Assembly: GCA_965215185.1 (NCBI GenBank)
Contig: OZ244034.1
Span: forward strand, 256,001-320,000
DNA length: 64,000 nucleotides
Direction of reading: 5' to 3'
Source of the DNA: Acidimicrobiia bacterium
GTDB lineage: Bacteria; Actinomycetota; Acidimicrobiia; Spongiisociales; ZC4RG35
In this document: positions 1 through 9,248 of the stretch, one piece after another
Position numbering within the stretch: the first letter of the stretch is position 1
How the letters are laid out: each line of letters starts with the position of its first letter
Position numbers and translations under genes: made by a program
The notes under the pieces: generated by a model
Databases searched by the model: none
What the model was told of the DNA's origin: nothing
Seen by the model: only the letters and a program-made list of their open reading frames with translations

Positions 1-38
1 ACGCTGACGGTACAGCCCTCGTCGGTCCCTGAGGACGC

Positions 39-320
39 TCAGTCCTCGACCAGTGACCACACCCGTTTCAAGGGAAGATCCCCGCTCGCAAATCGTCGCT
101 GAGGCTGTGATAGTTGCGTAGCACAGCGTCGATCAGTTGGTCAACTCCCACTCGGACACGGAAGAACTGGCTTCGCATCTCTTGACGTGCGGGCTTGGTC
201 ACTCCCACCCCAAGCGACCAGCAGTCTTGAACAGCAGCCTGGGCACTGAGCACGCCGTTAAGTTCTCGAACTACCTTGACATCAACGGGAGATGGACTGG
301 ACTTGACGGCGGCGCAAGTC
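39..320 (-). pseudogene. Mrr-like (type IV) restriction endonuclease, frameshifted C-terminal remnant
   Basis: Joining minus-strand frames gives VKSSPSPVDVKVVRELNGVLSAQ ... TKPARQEMRSQFFRVR ... LIDAVLRNYHSLSDDLRA ... LPLKRVWSLVED* (TGA at 39-41). This resembles the C-terminus of Mrr_cat restriction system proteins. Several frameshifts and no N-terminus. Confidence 0.6.
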
Positions 321-448
321 GTAATTATCAGCCTTGGCGTAACAGACCAAGAACCCGTGTTTCCAGAGGGTCCCCAAATGCGGAGACCCCTGGGAACCGC
401 TACATCTCCCCAGGTTAGAGGTGGTGGCTAACACTCCACCCACTTCAA

Positions 449-655
449 CTAGATCCTCCTCTCCATCGGAAGTCGAGGTGTCTCTGTCCTTTCTAAACGG
501 CCACCTTCTGCTCCTGGCGGAGGCAACTGTGGGGACTTTGGAGTCCGGTATACGAGAATCTTTCCGGCAGGACCTAGCTTCTCTGGCGAGAAAGACTTCA
601 AGTGCTCTTCTGCCTTTTGCGCTCTCGTAACGAGCCATTTGCCGCGATTCGCCAT
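449..655 (-). CDS. small hypothetical protein (68 aa)
   Basis: ATG preceded by AAGGAG; co-oriented downstream of the deaminase; no recognisable motif. Confidence 0.3.
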   Translation of the reverse strand: MANRGKWLVTRAQKAEEHLKSFSPEKLGPAGKILVYRTPKSPQLPPPGAEGGRLERTETPRLPMERRI

Positions 656-766
656 TACTCTGACTCCTTTTGATTGTCAGTGTTGTCGGGTAGTGTGACA
701 TTAATTGATGCCTTGCTCTTGCGTCTATTTTTGGAAGACGCTCGTAGCGTAGTGAGCGAAAAAATC

Positions 767-2458
767 TCAGCCCACCTTGTCTGATAGTTCATCCTGAGTT
801 GTCCATGGATCCGCTCGGGCGTCCCTCTCTTCAGTTGCGGCGGCGACAGCATCCGTGGCCGAATGCTCAATAAGAACCTTGACCACCCTCAAGATTGCAG
901 CAACGGCTGCTGATTCACGTTCCTCAATTCCGACTTCACTCCATCCCGCAGTCCGAGGGCAGGCGGTTCTTCTGTCAAACGTAACCAAGTGGGCACCCTC
1001 ACGTCGCTCCTCAGCTGTAAAGGCTCGCGAATATCGGCGAGGTGCTATTCCGAGGAACTGGCGGAATGGCACCTTGCCTCCTGCTAGACCCTCCTCTGCG
1101 GAGATAGTTGGCGAAGTCTCGATCATGTCTCGGTAGAGGAGGGCCACAAGGCTTTTCGGGTATGGCTCAATGTAGTGAACTGCAATGACTCCTGCGCCGA
1201 TAATCAACTTGGCGCACTCATGGCAGGGGAAAGTAGTGCTGAAGAGGACAGCGCCCTCTGTGCTAATTCCGGATCGTGCGGCGTTCACGATAGCAGCCTG
1301 TTCCGCGTGCAGGCAACGGGTGAACTCGATCAACGCGTTAATACGGGCCCCCATCAGGAGTGAAGAGCCGGAAATATCAGGCTCATTCGCTTTGATTAGA
1401 AGATCTGAGCCGCTTAGCCCTGCGAATTTCTCCGCCAACCAATGCCGTTCCTGCAGCCGTTCGAGTAACTCCTGAACGACTCGCCGAATGTAGATCGGAT
1501 TAGGGTCCTCTCCCGTCTGAAAATCCCGATAGTCAGGTTCGTCCTCCGTCCAATACTGGCCACCTCCCGGCTTGGGTACTTCATTCGTTCCGGCCACGAC
1601 AGGGGTGCCGATCTTTGGAATGAGTGCTGCGCCGACCTGGCGTCCCGCAGATGCAGAACGCAAAGCTGCGTCTTGAGCGAATCGCATTCCCTCCTCACGG
1701 AACGTAGGAGTAAGGAAGGGATGACCGAAAATGGAATCGACAAACCTGTCAACATCCTTCTGGACGTCTATCCCTCTAGTGGCTGGGATGAACACATCGG
1801 CCATTGAGTAGGTGTCTCGTACGTTCTGGCCAAACTCTAGGTCATCGCGATCCGATTCATCCCTCGCGATCAGACGATCCGCTTCCTCTCGGGTCCTTTC
1901 GAGCGGCGCTAAAGAGTCCATAAGGGCTTCGCTACGCTCTTTAACGCCACAAGCGACTCCCACTAGCGAGAATGCTTCGCCATAAACATGGCGAAGCAAT
2001 TTGGCCTCGTCGGGATGTTTGAGACTCCTGAGCAGAAAGCAGGTCGTGATACTGTCATCAGGTTCGGAGGGCATCTTCGCGATGGCGAGTGCTGCCAACG
2101 CTGCTCCGTTCCCGACTTTAGCCCTTAGCTTGTCGCATGCATCCATTCTCCTTGCGTAATAATCCCGGGAGTCCCGACCAGGCAGTTCTCCCAACAGCTT
2201 GAGATCAAGGTCATCAATCAAACTGGCCAAGTGGATCACCTTCGAGGTGTAGTTGAATTTCTGCATTGACACATCAAACGCTTGCAGGATCGGATCCAAA
2301 GGCGTACCGATTGCTGCGACGAAGCCCAGCACCAAAGGGTGCCTCTGAGGCTCCCTGTTGACTAGCTCGGTGAGAGCCAGACGCGCTGATTCCACCTCCG
2401 AGTCTTCGGCTGCGTCTACCTCTCTCAATTCAGAGCCTTTCACCATAACTTCGATCAT
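767..2458 (-). CDS. anti-phage-type dCTP/dCMP deaminase (N-terminal P-loop-kinase-like domain plus Zn deaminase; AvcD-like)
   Basis: N-terminal LVLGFVAAIGT, SLKHPDE and LIARDE..GQNVRDTY; C-terminal RQVGAAL, GTNEVPK.GGG.YW, LHAEQAAI, TTFPCHECAK and YIEPYPKS, matching the two-domain anti-phage deaminase architecture. Confidence 0.88.
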   Translation of the reverse strand: MIEVMVKGSELREVDAAEDSEVESARLALTELVNREPQRHPLVLGFVAAIGTPLDPILQAFDVSMQKFNYTSKVIHLASLIDDLDLKLLGELPGRDSRDYYARRMDACDKLRAKVGNGAALAALAIAKMPSEPDDSITTCFLLRSLKHPDEAKLLRHVYGEAFSLVGVACGVKERSEALMDSLAPLERTREEADRLIARDESDRDDLEFGQNVRDTYSMADVFIPATRGIDVQKDVDRFVDSIFGHPFLTPTFREEGMRFAQDAALRSASAGRQVGAALIPKIGTPVVAGTNEVPKPGGGQYWTEDEPDYRDFQTGEDPNPIYIRRVVQELLERLQERHWLAEKFAGLSGSDLLIKANEPDISGSSLLMGARINALIEFTRCLHAEQAAIVNAARSGISTEGAVLFSTTFPCHECAKLIIGAGVIAVHYIEPYPKSLVALLYRDMIETSPTISAEEGLAGGKVPFRQFLGIAPRRYSRAFTAEERREGAHLVTFDRRTACPRTAGWSEVGIEERESAAVAAILRVVKVLIEHSATDAVAAATEERDARADPWTTQDELSDKVG

Positions 2459-2522
2459 AACTCTTCTTGCCGTGGTCAGAACGGTATCGTCGACCGAGCT
2501 TATTGTTCTGTGTATCCGCTGA

Positions 2523-2635
2523 TGTTCTTCCCACAGAGGTGTGGGTTACAGGTCGGGTAATGGGTGTTTGGCCTCCGAGTGAGCTGTGTGGTCGGTGGTG
2601 ATTGGAGGTGTGGAGGAACTCGATTAAGGAGGTTC
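2523..2635 (-). mobile_element. IS481-family transposase 3' remnant with probable right end
   Basis: Translation FLHTSNHHRPHSSLGGQTPITR matches the IS481 C-terminal YNHHRPHSxLGGxxP pattern. It ends in ...CCTCTGTGGGAAGAACA (TGT at 2523 on +). Confidence 0.6.
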
Positions 2636-2655
2636 CCAAGAGCATGCACATTTGA

Positions 2656-3284
2656 TCACGTTTCCAGGTAGCGAGCCCACTTTTCCATGATCGGTCGTCG
2701 TGCTTCGAGGAGATCGCTTCTGGCGTAGGCGCCTTCTACGCCTCCCACGATGTGCGCCAATGCCGCCTCGGCTATCTCGCGAGGTACTCCCGAGGCTCTA
2801 CACCAGTCACGGAAGGATGATCGCATCCCGTGTGGAAACGGCATCGATTCCGTTTTCCCGAACCAGTTTGGAGATCGTTGAGTTGGATAGCGGCTTTCCT
2901 GTGGGTGATGGGAATACCAAACCCGTTGCGCCCGTGAGGTCGGCAGCATCGTCGATGATGTGTCGTGCCGGCCTGCTTAGGGGCACCCGATGCGGGCGAC
3001 CCGTTTTGGTCCGGTCGCCAGGAATCTCCCATGTGTCCGTGGTGAGGTCGATCTCGTCCCATGTGGCGTTTCGGACTTCGCCGCTTCTTGTTGCTGTCAG
3101 AGTAAGGATTTTGAAGGCGGCGATGGTTGCCCAATGAGCGTTCGACGCTTTTGATGGCAGCGCCGACGTTGCTGTGGTGCAGGGCTCGCATGTGATTCCG
3201 TCGGGTGCTGTTCTTGCCTAACCCGGCGAGAATGGCCGCGCTGGGATCCGACTCCAAGAAACCCTCCGCGATCGCCCACTTCAT
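2656..3284 (-). pseudogene. P4-type tyrosine integrase, 5'-truncated and frameshifted copy
   Basis: Near-identical DNA to the catalytic half of 25901..27055 and 30647..31630 (MKWAIAEG...HGMRSSFRDW...LAH...AYARSDLLE); broken over several frames. Confidence 0.9.
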
Positions 3285-3375
3285 GATCGCGTCGGAGTTG
3301 GTGGTTCAGCTAGTGCAGCCTTGGCCTTCGCCGTCACGGTCTCGAAATGATTAAACTACTGAAACCTCCCAGTAG

Positions 3376-4323
3376 ATGCAGAAACTTCACATCATTCTCT
3401 CGTGCACCGCCCGCAAGCGTGGGTCAGAGCCTGGGTACCCGCGGTTGCGTAGTGTGGGCCGGGCACCCGTATCGGACCGCGTCGAACAGTGGGCAGCCCT
3501 TGTCTCAGCGGCTTCCCGTTGGTACGTCGCGGCCGACTTGTACGCTGGGGAGTACTGGCAGACTGGAATGGAACTTGCATCTCGCGCCGCGTTGGCAGGG
3601 CAGATCAGTGTCTCCGTTGCTTCGGCTGGTCTCGGTCTCGTTGGCGTCCACGACGAAGTGCCCATATACGGAGCAACCTTCGCTGCTCGCCATCCCGACT
3701 CTGTGCTCGAAACCTTGAGTTCGGCAGCACCCAGCCAGGTGCGGCGTCAATGGTGGGACGAGTTGACGGGCGCCGAGGTCTTGGGTGGACACGGTCCCCA
3801 GCGTCTTGTTGAACTTGAGGAGCATGGATCAGGCACGGGCGTGATCGTATGCCTCGGACGAAGCTACCTCGATGCGGTGGCCACCGACTTGATAGCCTTC
3901 GTAGAGCGTCTCGCTGATCCCGAGCGGGTGATGGTCTTCGCTTCCGGTACGCCCCTGGCCGGGCTTGAGGAGTGCTGGGTGGCGGTCTCCGGAAGCCTGA
4001 GGCTCACCCTCGGTGGTTCGCTGTCCTCGACCAACGTCCGCGCGGCTATGGCCGTACTCGCAGAACTTGGCGCCTCGCCTCCCAATGTTGACAAGGCTCG
4101 TAGTATCGTGGCCACACTGAAGGCGACGGCGGGCGAACTTCCTTCCTTTGATCGGCGGCGGCAGAGCGACGAGGTCATTTTGGACTGGATTCTCGATCAC
4201 TTGGCGGAGGCGCCGAACCCGACCAAGACGGCGGCGCTTCGGTGCTTCCGGGACGGGGGCAATGCCTGCGAGCAGGCCCGGTTCGGCCGGCTCTTCGACG
4301 ATGCTTGGGAGAAGGCAACGTGA
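3376..4323 (+). CDS. YaaA/DUF328/DUF6884-like protein, probable DpdC counterpart
   Basis: HIILSCTARK, AADLYAG and VASAGLGLV...PIYGATF pattern of the YaaA-like fold; first gene of the Dpd operon, GTGA-coupled to the next gene. Confidence 0.6.
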   Translation: MQKLHIILSCTARKRGSEPGYPRLRSVGRAPVSDRVEQWAALVSAASRWYVAADLYAGEYWQTGMELASRAALAGQISVSVASAGLGLVGVHDEVPIYGATFAARHPDSVLETLSSAAPSQVRRQWWDELTGAEVLGGHGPQRLVELEEHGSGTGVIVCLGRSYLDAVATDLIAFVERLADPERVMVFASGTPLAGLEECWVAVSGSLRLTLGGSLSSTNVRAAMAVLAELGASPPNVDKARSIVATLKATAGELPSFDRRRQSDEVILDWILDHLAEAPNPTKTAALRCFRDGGNACEQARFGRLFDDAWEKAT

Positions 4324-5161
4324 AGGTCCTATGTCGTCGGGCACTCGTATCGAGCAGGCGAAGGCCGGACCTATGCACCTCTTTACGCTGCGCGCTGATG
4401 AGGTGTGTCAGGTAGCGGAGATCGTAAGGTTTCAACCGGAGCAATGGCGACGAGTTGGTCGACTATCAGCGCGCAGAGGTTAGAGACCACGTCCAGAACA
4501 TCCTCGAGTACTTGGACCGTGATGACGTGCTATTTCCCAATGCGCTGGTCCTCGGGATGAACGGTACGGTTCCGTTCCGTCGAAGCAGGGGTCCGGCCAA
4601 CGACGATGGCCTCACCAAGGTCGGCATGCTGGAGATCCCGATCGCTGAGCCGGCTACGTTTAAGCCCGCCTGGATAGTCGACGGACAGCAGAGGGCTCGC
4701 CGCTACGCGGACTCATCCGCCGCGCCTCGACCCACGAGGGTGGCGAGCAGTGATTACCGGCACGAGCATCGTTGAGATGCTGTGGGAGAGCCTTAACTCG
4801 CCATCGGGTTGTCTCTTCCCCTATCGGAGAACCTGGCCACCGGCGAAACGGATTTCGAGCCCATCTGGGAGATCCTCGTCGGATACTGGAGTGCTGATCG
4901 CGACGGGTTCCCTGAAGCATGGGGGAGAACTTCCCAGGAGAGCCACCTGATGCGCGGCGTCGGCATCCGCGCGCTGGTACGCTGGTGGACGAGGTGATGG
5001 GCTTACTAAGCGCTACCGAGACGAGCGTACGCGACCATGCGCCGCAGGCGATGGAGCGGATCGCTCCCCATTGCTGGAAAGACCTCGAGAACACAACCCG
5101 GACCCAGCGCCTGCTAGCCAACTACTTGATCCGAGTCTATTTCAATGTCGGGCAGGGGTGA
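4320..5161 (+). pseudogene. DGQHR (DndB/DpdB-like) protein paralog, multiply frameshifted and internally deleted
   Basis: Fragments DYQRAEVRDHV..FPNALVL..PAWIVDGQQR, then SGCLFPYR, EAWG..SHLMRGVGIRAL and TQRLLANYLIR are colinear with the intact 6417..7559 protein. The stop overlaps the dpdA ATG. Confidence 0.85.
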
Positions 5162-6408
5162 TGCAGTTCTACTTTCCCGACAGCCAAGACCAGGTGGACC
5201 CGAGTTTCGACTTCATCACAGAGCAGCGATCAATCCATCGCGTCCGCCAGAGAGACGATCGCTACGCTCATGAAGTCATCGACCCGCTACCCTACGATGG
5301 GCTGCTGATCTCCAAGCCTATCGTGGACGGCCTTCCCGGGGCGACGGCCAAGTACACGGGGGCCCAACGCAACCGGCTCCACCGGGAAGGCGCCAAGCGA
5401 TTCTTCCGGCTCGATCAGAGAGACGCCAATCTCAAGATCATGGGCGATTGTGGCGCGTTCACCTACGTGCGCGAGCACGAACCCGTGTACACCGTCGAGG
5501 AGGTCCTGGATTTCTACGAAGAGTGCGGCTTGGACCTTGGAATCGCGACGGATCATCTGATCTTCGGCTACGACTCTGAGTTGGATACGAAGAGCGCCGC
5601 AGACGTACCGGAGGACTGGAGGTTCCGTCAGGACCTCACCATTGAACTCGCAGCAGAGTTCCTGCAGTTGCACCGGGCACGCAGGTGCCGGTTCGAACCC
5701 ATAGCAGTGGCGCACGGTTGGAGCCCGTTATCCTACGCGAAGGCAGTGACGCAACTACAGGACATTGGGTACAGCCGGATTGCTCTTGGGGGGATGGTAC
5801 CGCTTAAGACCCCCGACATCCTCGATGCGCTCAAGGAGGTCTCGGTAGCGCTTGATCCAGCGGCGCAACTGCACCTTCTTGGTGTCACGCGCACTGCGCA
5901 CGTACAAGACTTTGCAGGGTTCGGTGTGACAAGCTTCGACAGCACATCCCCCTACCGTCAAGCCTTCAAGGACGAGACGGACAACTACCACACGCTGGAT
6001 GGCAGTTTCGTTGCCCTTCGCATCCCTCAAGTCGACGGCAACACCAGAATGCGCAGGCAGGTGGCCGCTGGCCTAGTCGATCAGAGGTCGGCTCGGCGGC
6101 TCGAACGCGATTGTCTCAGCCGGCTGCGAAGCTACGACAAAGGGGGCGCGGACGTGGAGAGTGTCCTCGACGCGATACATGGGTACGCGGAACTGCTCGG
6201 GACAAAAAAGGATCGGAGCATCGACTACCATCGAACGCTCGAGGCGAAGCCGTGGAGGCAATGCAGTTGCACGGTCTGCAGGGAGATCGGGGTCGAGGTG
6301 ATCATCTTTCGAGGGTCCGACCGGAATCGGCGACGAGGATTTCACAATCTCGCCGTGTTCTCCGAGAGACTGCGCCGGGAACTCGACCGGGCCGACGGGA
6401 GGAGTTAG
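5161..6408 (+). CDS. dpdA: DNA-guanine transglycosylase DpdA (TGT paralog)
   Basis: Start MQFYFPDSQDQVDP; TGT motifs MGDCGAF, DHLI, IALGGMVP, HLLGV and SFDSTS; Zn site CSCTVC...H. Confidence 0.92.
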   Translation: MQFYFPDSQDQVDPSFDFITEQRSIHRVRQRDDRYAHEVIDPLPYDGLLISKPIVDGLPGATAKYTGAQRNRLHREGAKRFFRLDQRDANLKIMGDCGAFTYVREHEPVYTVEEVLDFYEECGLDLGIATDHLIFGYDSELDTKSAADVPEDWRFRQDLTIELAAEFLQLHRARRCRFEPIAVAHGWSPLSYAKAVTQLQDIGYSRIALGGMVPLKTPDILDALKEVSVALDPAAQLHLLGVTRTAHVQDFAGFGVTSFDSTSPYRQAFKDETDNYHTLDGSFVALRIPQVDGNTRMRRQVAAGLVDQRSARRLERDCLSRLRSYDKGGADVESVLDAIHGYAELLGTKKDRSIDYHRTLEAKPWRQCSCTVCREIGVEVIIFRGSDRNRRRGFHNLAVFSERLRRELDRADGRS

Positions 6409-6416
6409 TTGGCACC

Positions 6417-7559
6417 ATGGGCGGCGCTTCAAAATACGAACTGCGGTTTCCTGCACTTGAGGTGCGACAGGGCCGTGAACGACGAATCTACACGTTTGCC
6501 GTTGACGGCAAGGAATTGCCGAAGTTCACGACGGTCAGCCGGGTACGGCGCGATGAGCGGCGGATCGCGGGCTACCAGAGACCCGAGGTTCTGGCCCATG
6601 TCGCTGCGATCCGTTCATACATCGAGACAACTTCGCCGATAATCCCCAACGCGATCGTCGTCGCCTTCGATACTCGAGTTCGCTTCGTGCCGACAGAGCC
6701 TGTCACCTCAGCCGATGGCTATGTAGCCACAGGCACGCTGATTGTTCCCGTCGATGAAGACCTACCGGACGAGGACAAGCCTGGTTGGATCGTTGACGGT
6801 CAGCAAAGGTGCGCCGCCGTCCGAGAAGCGGAGGTGGAATCCTTTCCCCTGTGCGTCACAGCGTTCATCACTGCCAGCGAGGGTGAGCAGCGCGCTCAGT
6901 TCATACTCGTGAATTCAACGAAACCACTTCCCAAGGGCCTCATCTATGAGCTACTGCCATCCACAGAGGGCCTACTCCCCCCTGCGTTGATGCGCAAGCG
7001 CTTCCCCTCGTTTGTGGTCGAGCGGCTGAATTTCGACGAGGACTCACCGTTCTACCAGTTGATTCAGACACCAACCATCCCGGACGGAGTGGTTAAGGGG
7101 ACCTCGATCCTCCGCATGGTCGAAAACAGTTTGACCAACGGCTGTCTCTACTACTTCCGCGACCCCAATACGGGAAGGGGCGATATAGAGGAGATGCTGT
7201 TGATCTTGAAGCCGTTCTGGCAAGCGGTTCGGAAGGTCTTCGACGAAGCATGGGGTCTTCCGCCGCGCCGGTCGCGCCTAATGCATGGTGTTGGGATTGC
7301 GAGTTTGGGCTACCTGATGGATGCTATCACCGACGATTACATGACGCGAGGCCTGCTGCCCGGCGAGGCCGACTATGCAGCGGAACTCGAACTTCTGCGT
7401 GAAGAGTGCGCGTGGACTGGCGGCTACTGGTATTTCGGTGATGACTCGCTGCGGCGGTGGAACGAACTCCAGAACACCCACAAGGACATCAAGTTGCTGA
7501 CGGACCACTTGCTGCGCAAGTACCGGAGGCTCTTGAGAATTAAGCCCCGAGGTGCATGA
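6417..7559 (+). CDS. dpdB: DGQHR domain protein DpdB
   Basis: GYQRPEV, IPNAIVV, WIVDGQQR and QFILVNSTKPLP; follows dpdA with a GGAGGAG RBS. Confidence 0.9.
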   Translation: MGGASKYELRFPALEVRQGRERRIYTFAVDGKELPKFTTVSRVRRDERRIAGYQRPEVLAHVAAIRSYIETTSPIIPNAIVVAFDTRVRFVPTEPVTSADGYVATGTLIVPVDEDLPDEDKPGWIVDGQQRCAAVREAEVESFPLCVTAFITASEGEQRAQFILVNSTKPLPKGLIYELLPSTEGLLPPALMRKRFPSFVVERLNFDEDSPFYQLIQTPTIPDGVVKGTSILRMVENSLTNGCLYYFRDPNTGRGDIEEMLLILKPFWQAVRKVFDEAWGLPPRRSRLMHGVGIASLGYLMDAITDDYMTRGLLPGEADYAAELELLREECAWTGGYWYFGDDSLRRWNELQNTHKDIKLLTDHLLRKYRRLLRIKPRGA

Positions 7560-7760
7560 GCAAGGCAGGACAAGGTGGTACAGGACGAAGCATTCGGGAT
7601 ACTTTCAGGCCTTCAGCGGTGATCGAGATGAAGCAACCTAACCTATCGGAACATATCAGAACCCAAAGCCACTCCTACACCCTGTGTGACTTATCCATAA
7701 TCTTGCTAAGCGTGGCGGAGTAGTCCGCTGGGGGTGCGGCGCGGACGACGAGTTGGCGGA

Positions 7761-9248
7761 ATGGCACCGCGGGTGGTTGGTCAATCTGATCTGGGCCGGT
7801 TCGTTGTCGGTAAGCCAGAACTCGGCATCGGGCGCCTCGTAGGCCTTGATAGCACAACAACTCGTATCCGTTACTTCCGAGGACCGGCTACGGATCCCTA
7901 CGTCGAGCGAGAATCAGATATGTTGAAGGTCGCTATCGCTGAGATCCGCGCTCACTCGCGGGTGTACTTCCACGATGGACGTCGCTGGAGAATTGGGCGG
8001 GTCGAGGCTGAGCATCCCGACGGTGATGGGCGGTATCTCGTGGCCCTGCCAAACAACGAAGGTGGGATCCTGTCGAGCGACCAGTTCGACATCCGATGGG
8101 CACTTAGGATTGAGGACCCCTACGAGATTCTCGCCTCGCTCGGTGGCGACAGCCCTCTTGTCTACGAGCCAAGAGCCGATTTGATCGCGTCGTGGTATAC
8201 GCTGCGGGCTGCTGCTGCTGGGGTCAGAGGACTTCTCCTGGGGTCGGTCGAACTCCATGACCACCAACTCACGGTCGTGCGCAGCGTCTCAAACGACCGC
8301 GAACGTCGATACCTCCTGGCCGATGAAGTCGGCCTAGGCAAGACCGTCGAGGCGGGAGCACTCGTCTGGCAGTCGTTGAGCGACTATCCCACCGGCGAGG
8401 TGCTCGTTCTGGCTCCCGACCACCTTCGTCAACAGTGGGCCGAGGAGTTGATCAACAAGTTCCATGTCGATGGGTTCCGCGCAGCCTCGATCCAAATCCG
8501 TGCCCATGAAGAACCGGAGACGTGGCCAGACGTGCCAGTTCAGGTACTCGTAGTCGACGAGGCTCATCACCTCACTCGCTCTGGACCGTTTCCACCAGAG
8601 GTGCTGGAGCGCGTGGCCGGGTTGGCGCACGGCGCGAGCGAAGTTTTCCTCCTTTCGGCGACACCGGTCCGGTCGAACGAGGCGGCGTTCCTTGATCTTT
8701 TGCACTTGCTGGACCCGAAGAACTATCAGCCACAGGATCTCGAAGCGTTCACTCGCCGGGTCGAGATGCGGGACGAACTCGCGCTCATTCACCACTCGCT
8801 CACATGCGACTTGGATGAGTTCGACTTCTCGCTCTACGCTGACCAGTTGCGAACACATTTCTCGGACGATGAGACACTCGTATTGCTCGTCGATCAGGCT
8901 CTTGACTGCACCGACGACCAGCGTCCTGACCGGATTGTGAAAGTCAGAGAGCATCTCTCGGAGACCTACCGGCTACACCACCGACTTCTACGAACGCGCC
9001 GGACCCCACAGATCAGTGCAACCTTCGGCGTTAGAGGCCGTCGCCGTGGTCGGCCTTTCACAGTGGAGATCAGCGACAACAGCGACTACGTTCGCTTCGA
9101 CCTAATCGAGAGCTTCCGGCAACATATCGCCGAACTTGTCGACTCCGAGGAGGTCGAAATTGACCAAGCTACAGAGGCGCTTCGGCTACTCGGCCAAGCT
9201 TGCGGTTCGCTGCCCCATGCAATCCTGGAGTTTCACTGCCGCAGGTGA
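7761..9248 (+). CDS. dpdE: DpdE SNF2/RapA-like helicase, N-terminal part (frameshift-split)
   Basis: YLLADEVGLGKT, VVDEAHH and LLSATP motifs; ends at an apparent +1 frameshift near 9231-9234. Confidence 0.85.
   Translation: MAPRVVGQSDLGRFVVGKPELGIGRLVGLDSTTTRIRYFRGPATDPYVERESDMLKVAIAEIRAHSRVYFHDGRRWRIGRVEAEHPDGDGRYLVALPNNEGGILSSDQFDIRWALRIEDPYEILASLGGDSPLVYEPRADLIASWYTLRAAAAGVRGLLLGSVELHDHQLTVVRSVSNDRERRYLLADEVGLGKTVEAGALVWQSLSDYPTGEVLVLAPDHLRQQWAEELINKFHVDGFRAASIQIRAHEEPETWPDVPVQVLVVDEAHHLTRSGPFPPEVLERVAGLAHGASEVFLLSATPVRSNEAAFLDLLHLLDPKNYQPQDLEAFTRRVEMRDELALIHHSLTCDLDEFDFSLYADQLRTHFSDDETLVLLVDQALDCTDDQRPDRIVKVREHLSETYRLHHRLLRTRRTPQISATFGVRGRRRGRPFTVEISDNSDYVRFDLIESFRQHIAELVDSEEVEIDQATEALRLLGQACGSLPHAILEFHCRR

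Noticed and set aside
5161-6408. Housekeeping tRNA-guanine transglycosylase (tgt)
   Set aside because: It has the FPDSQD-type N-terminus and sits in a Dpd cluster; it lacks the typical tgt TPxFMPVGT start.
4320-7559. Dnd phosphorothioation system suggested by DGQHR/DndB-like proteins
   Set aside because: No dndA/C/D/E-like genes; the neighbours are a TGT paralog and dpdE-K, which indicates Dpd.
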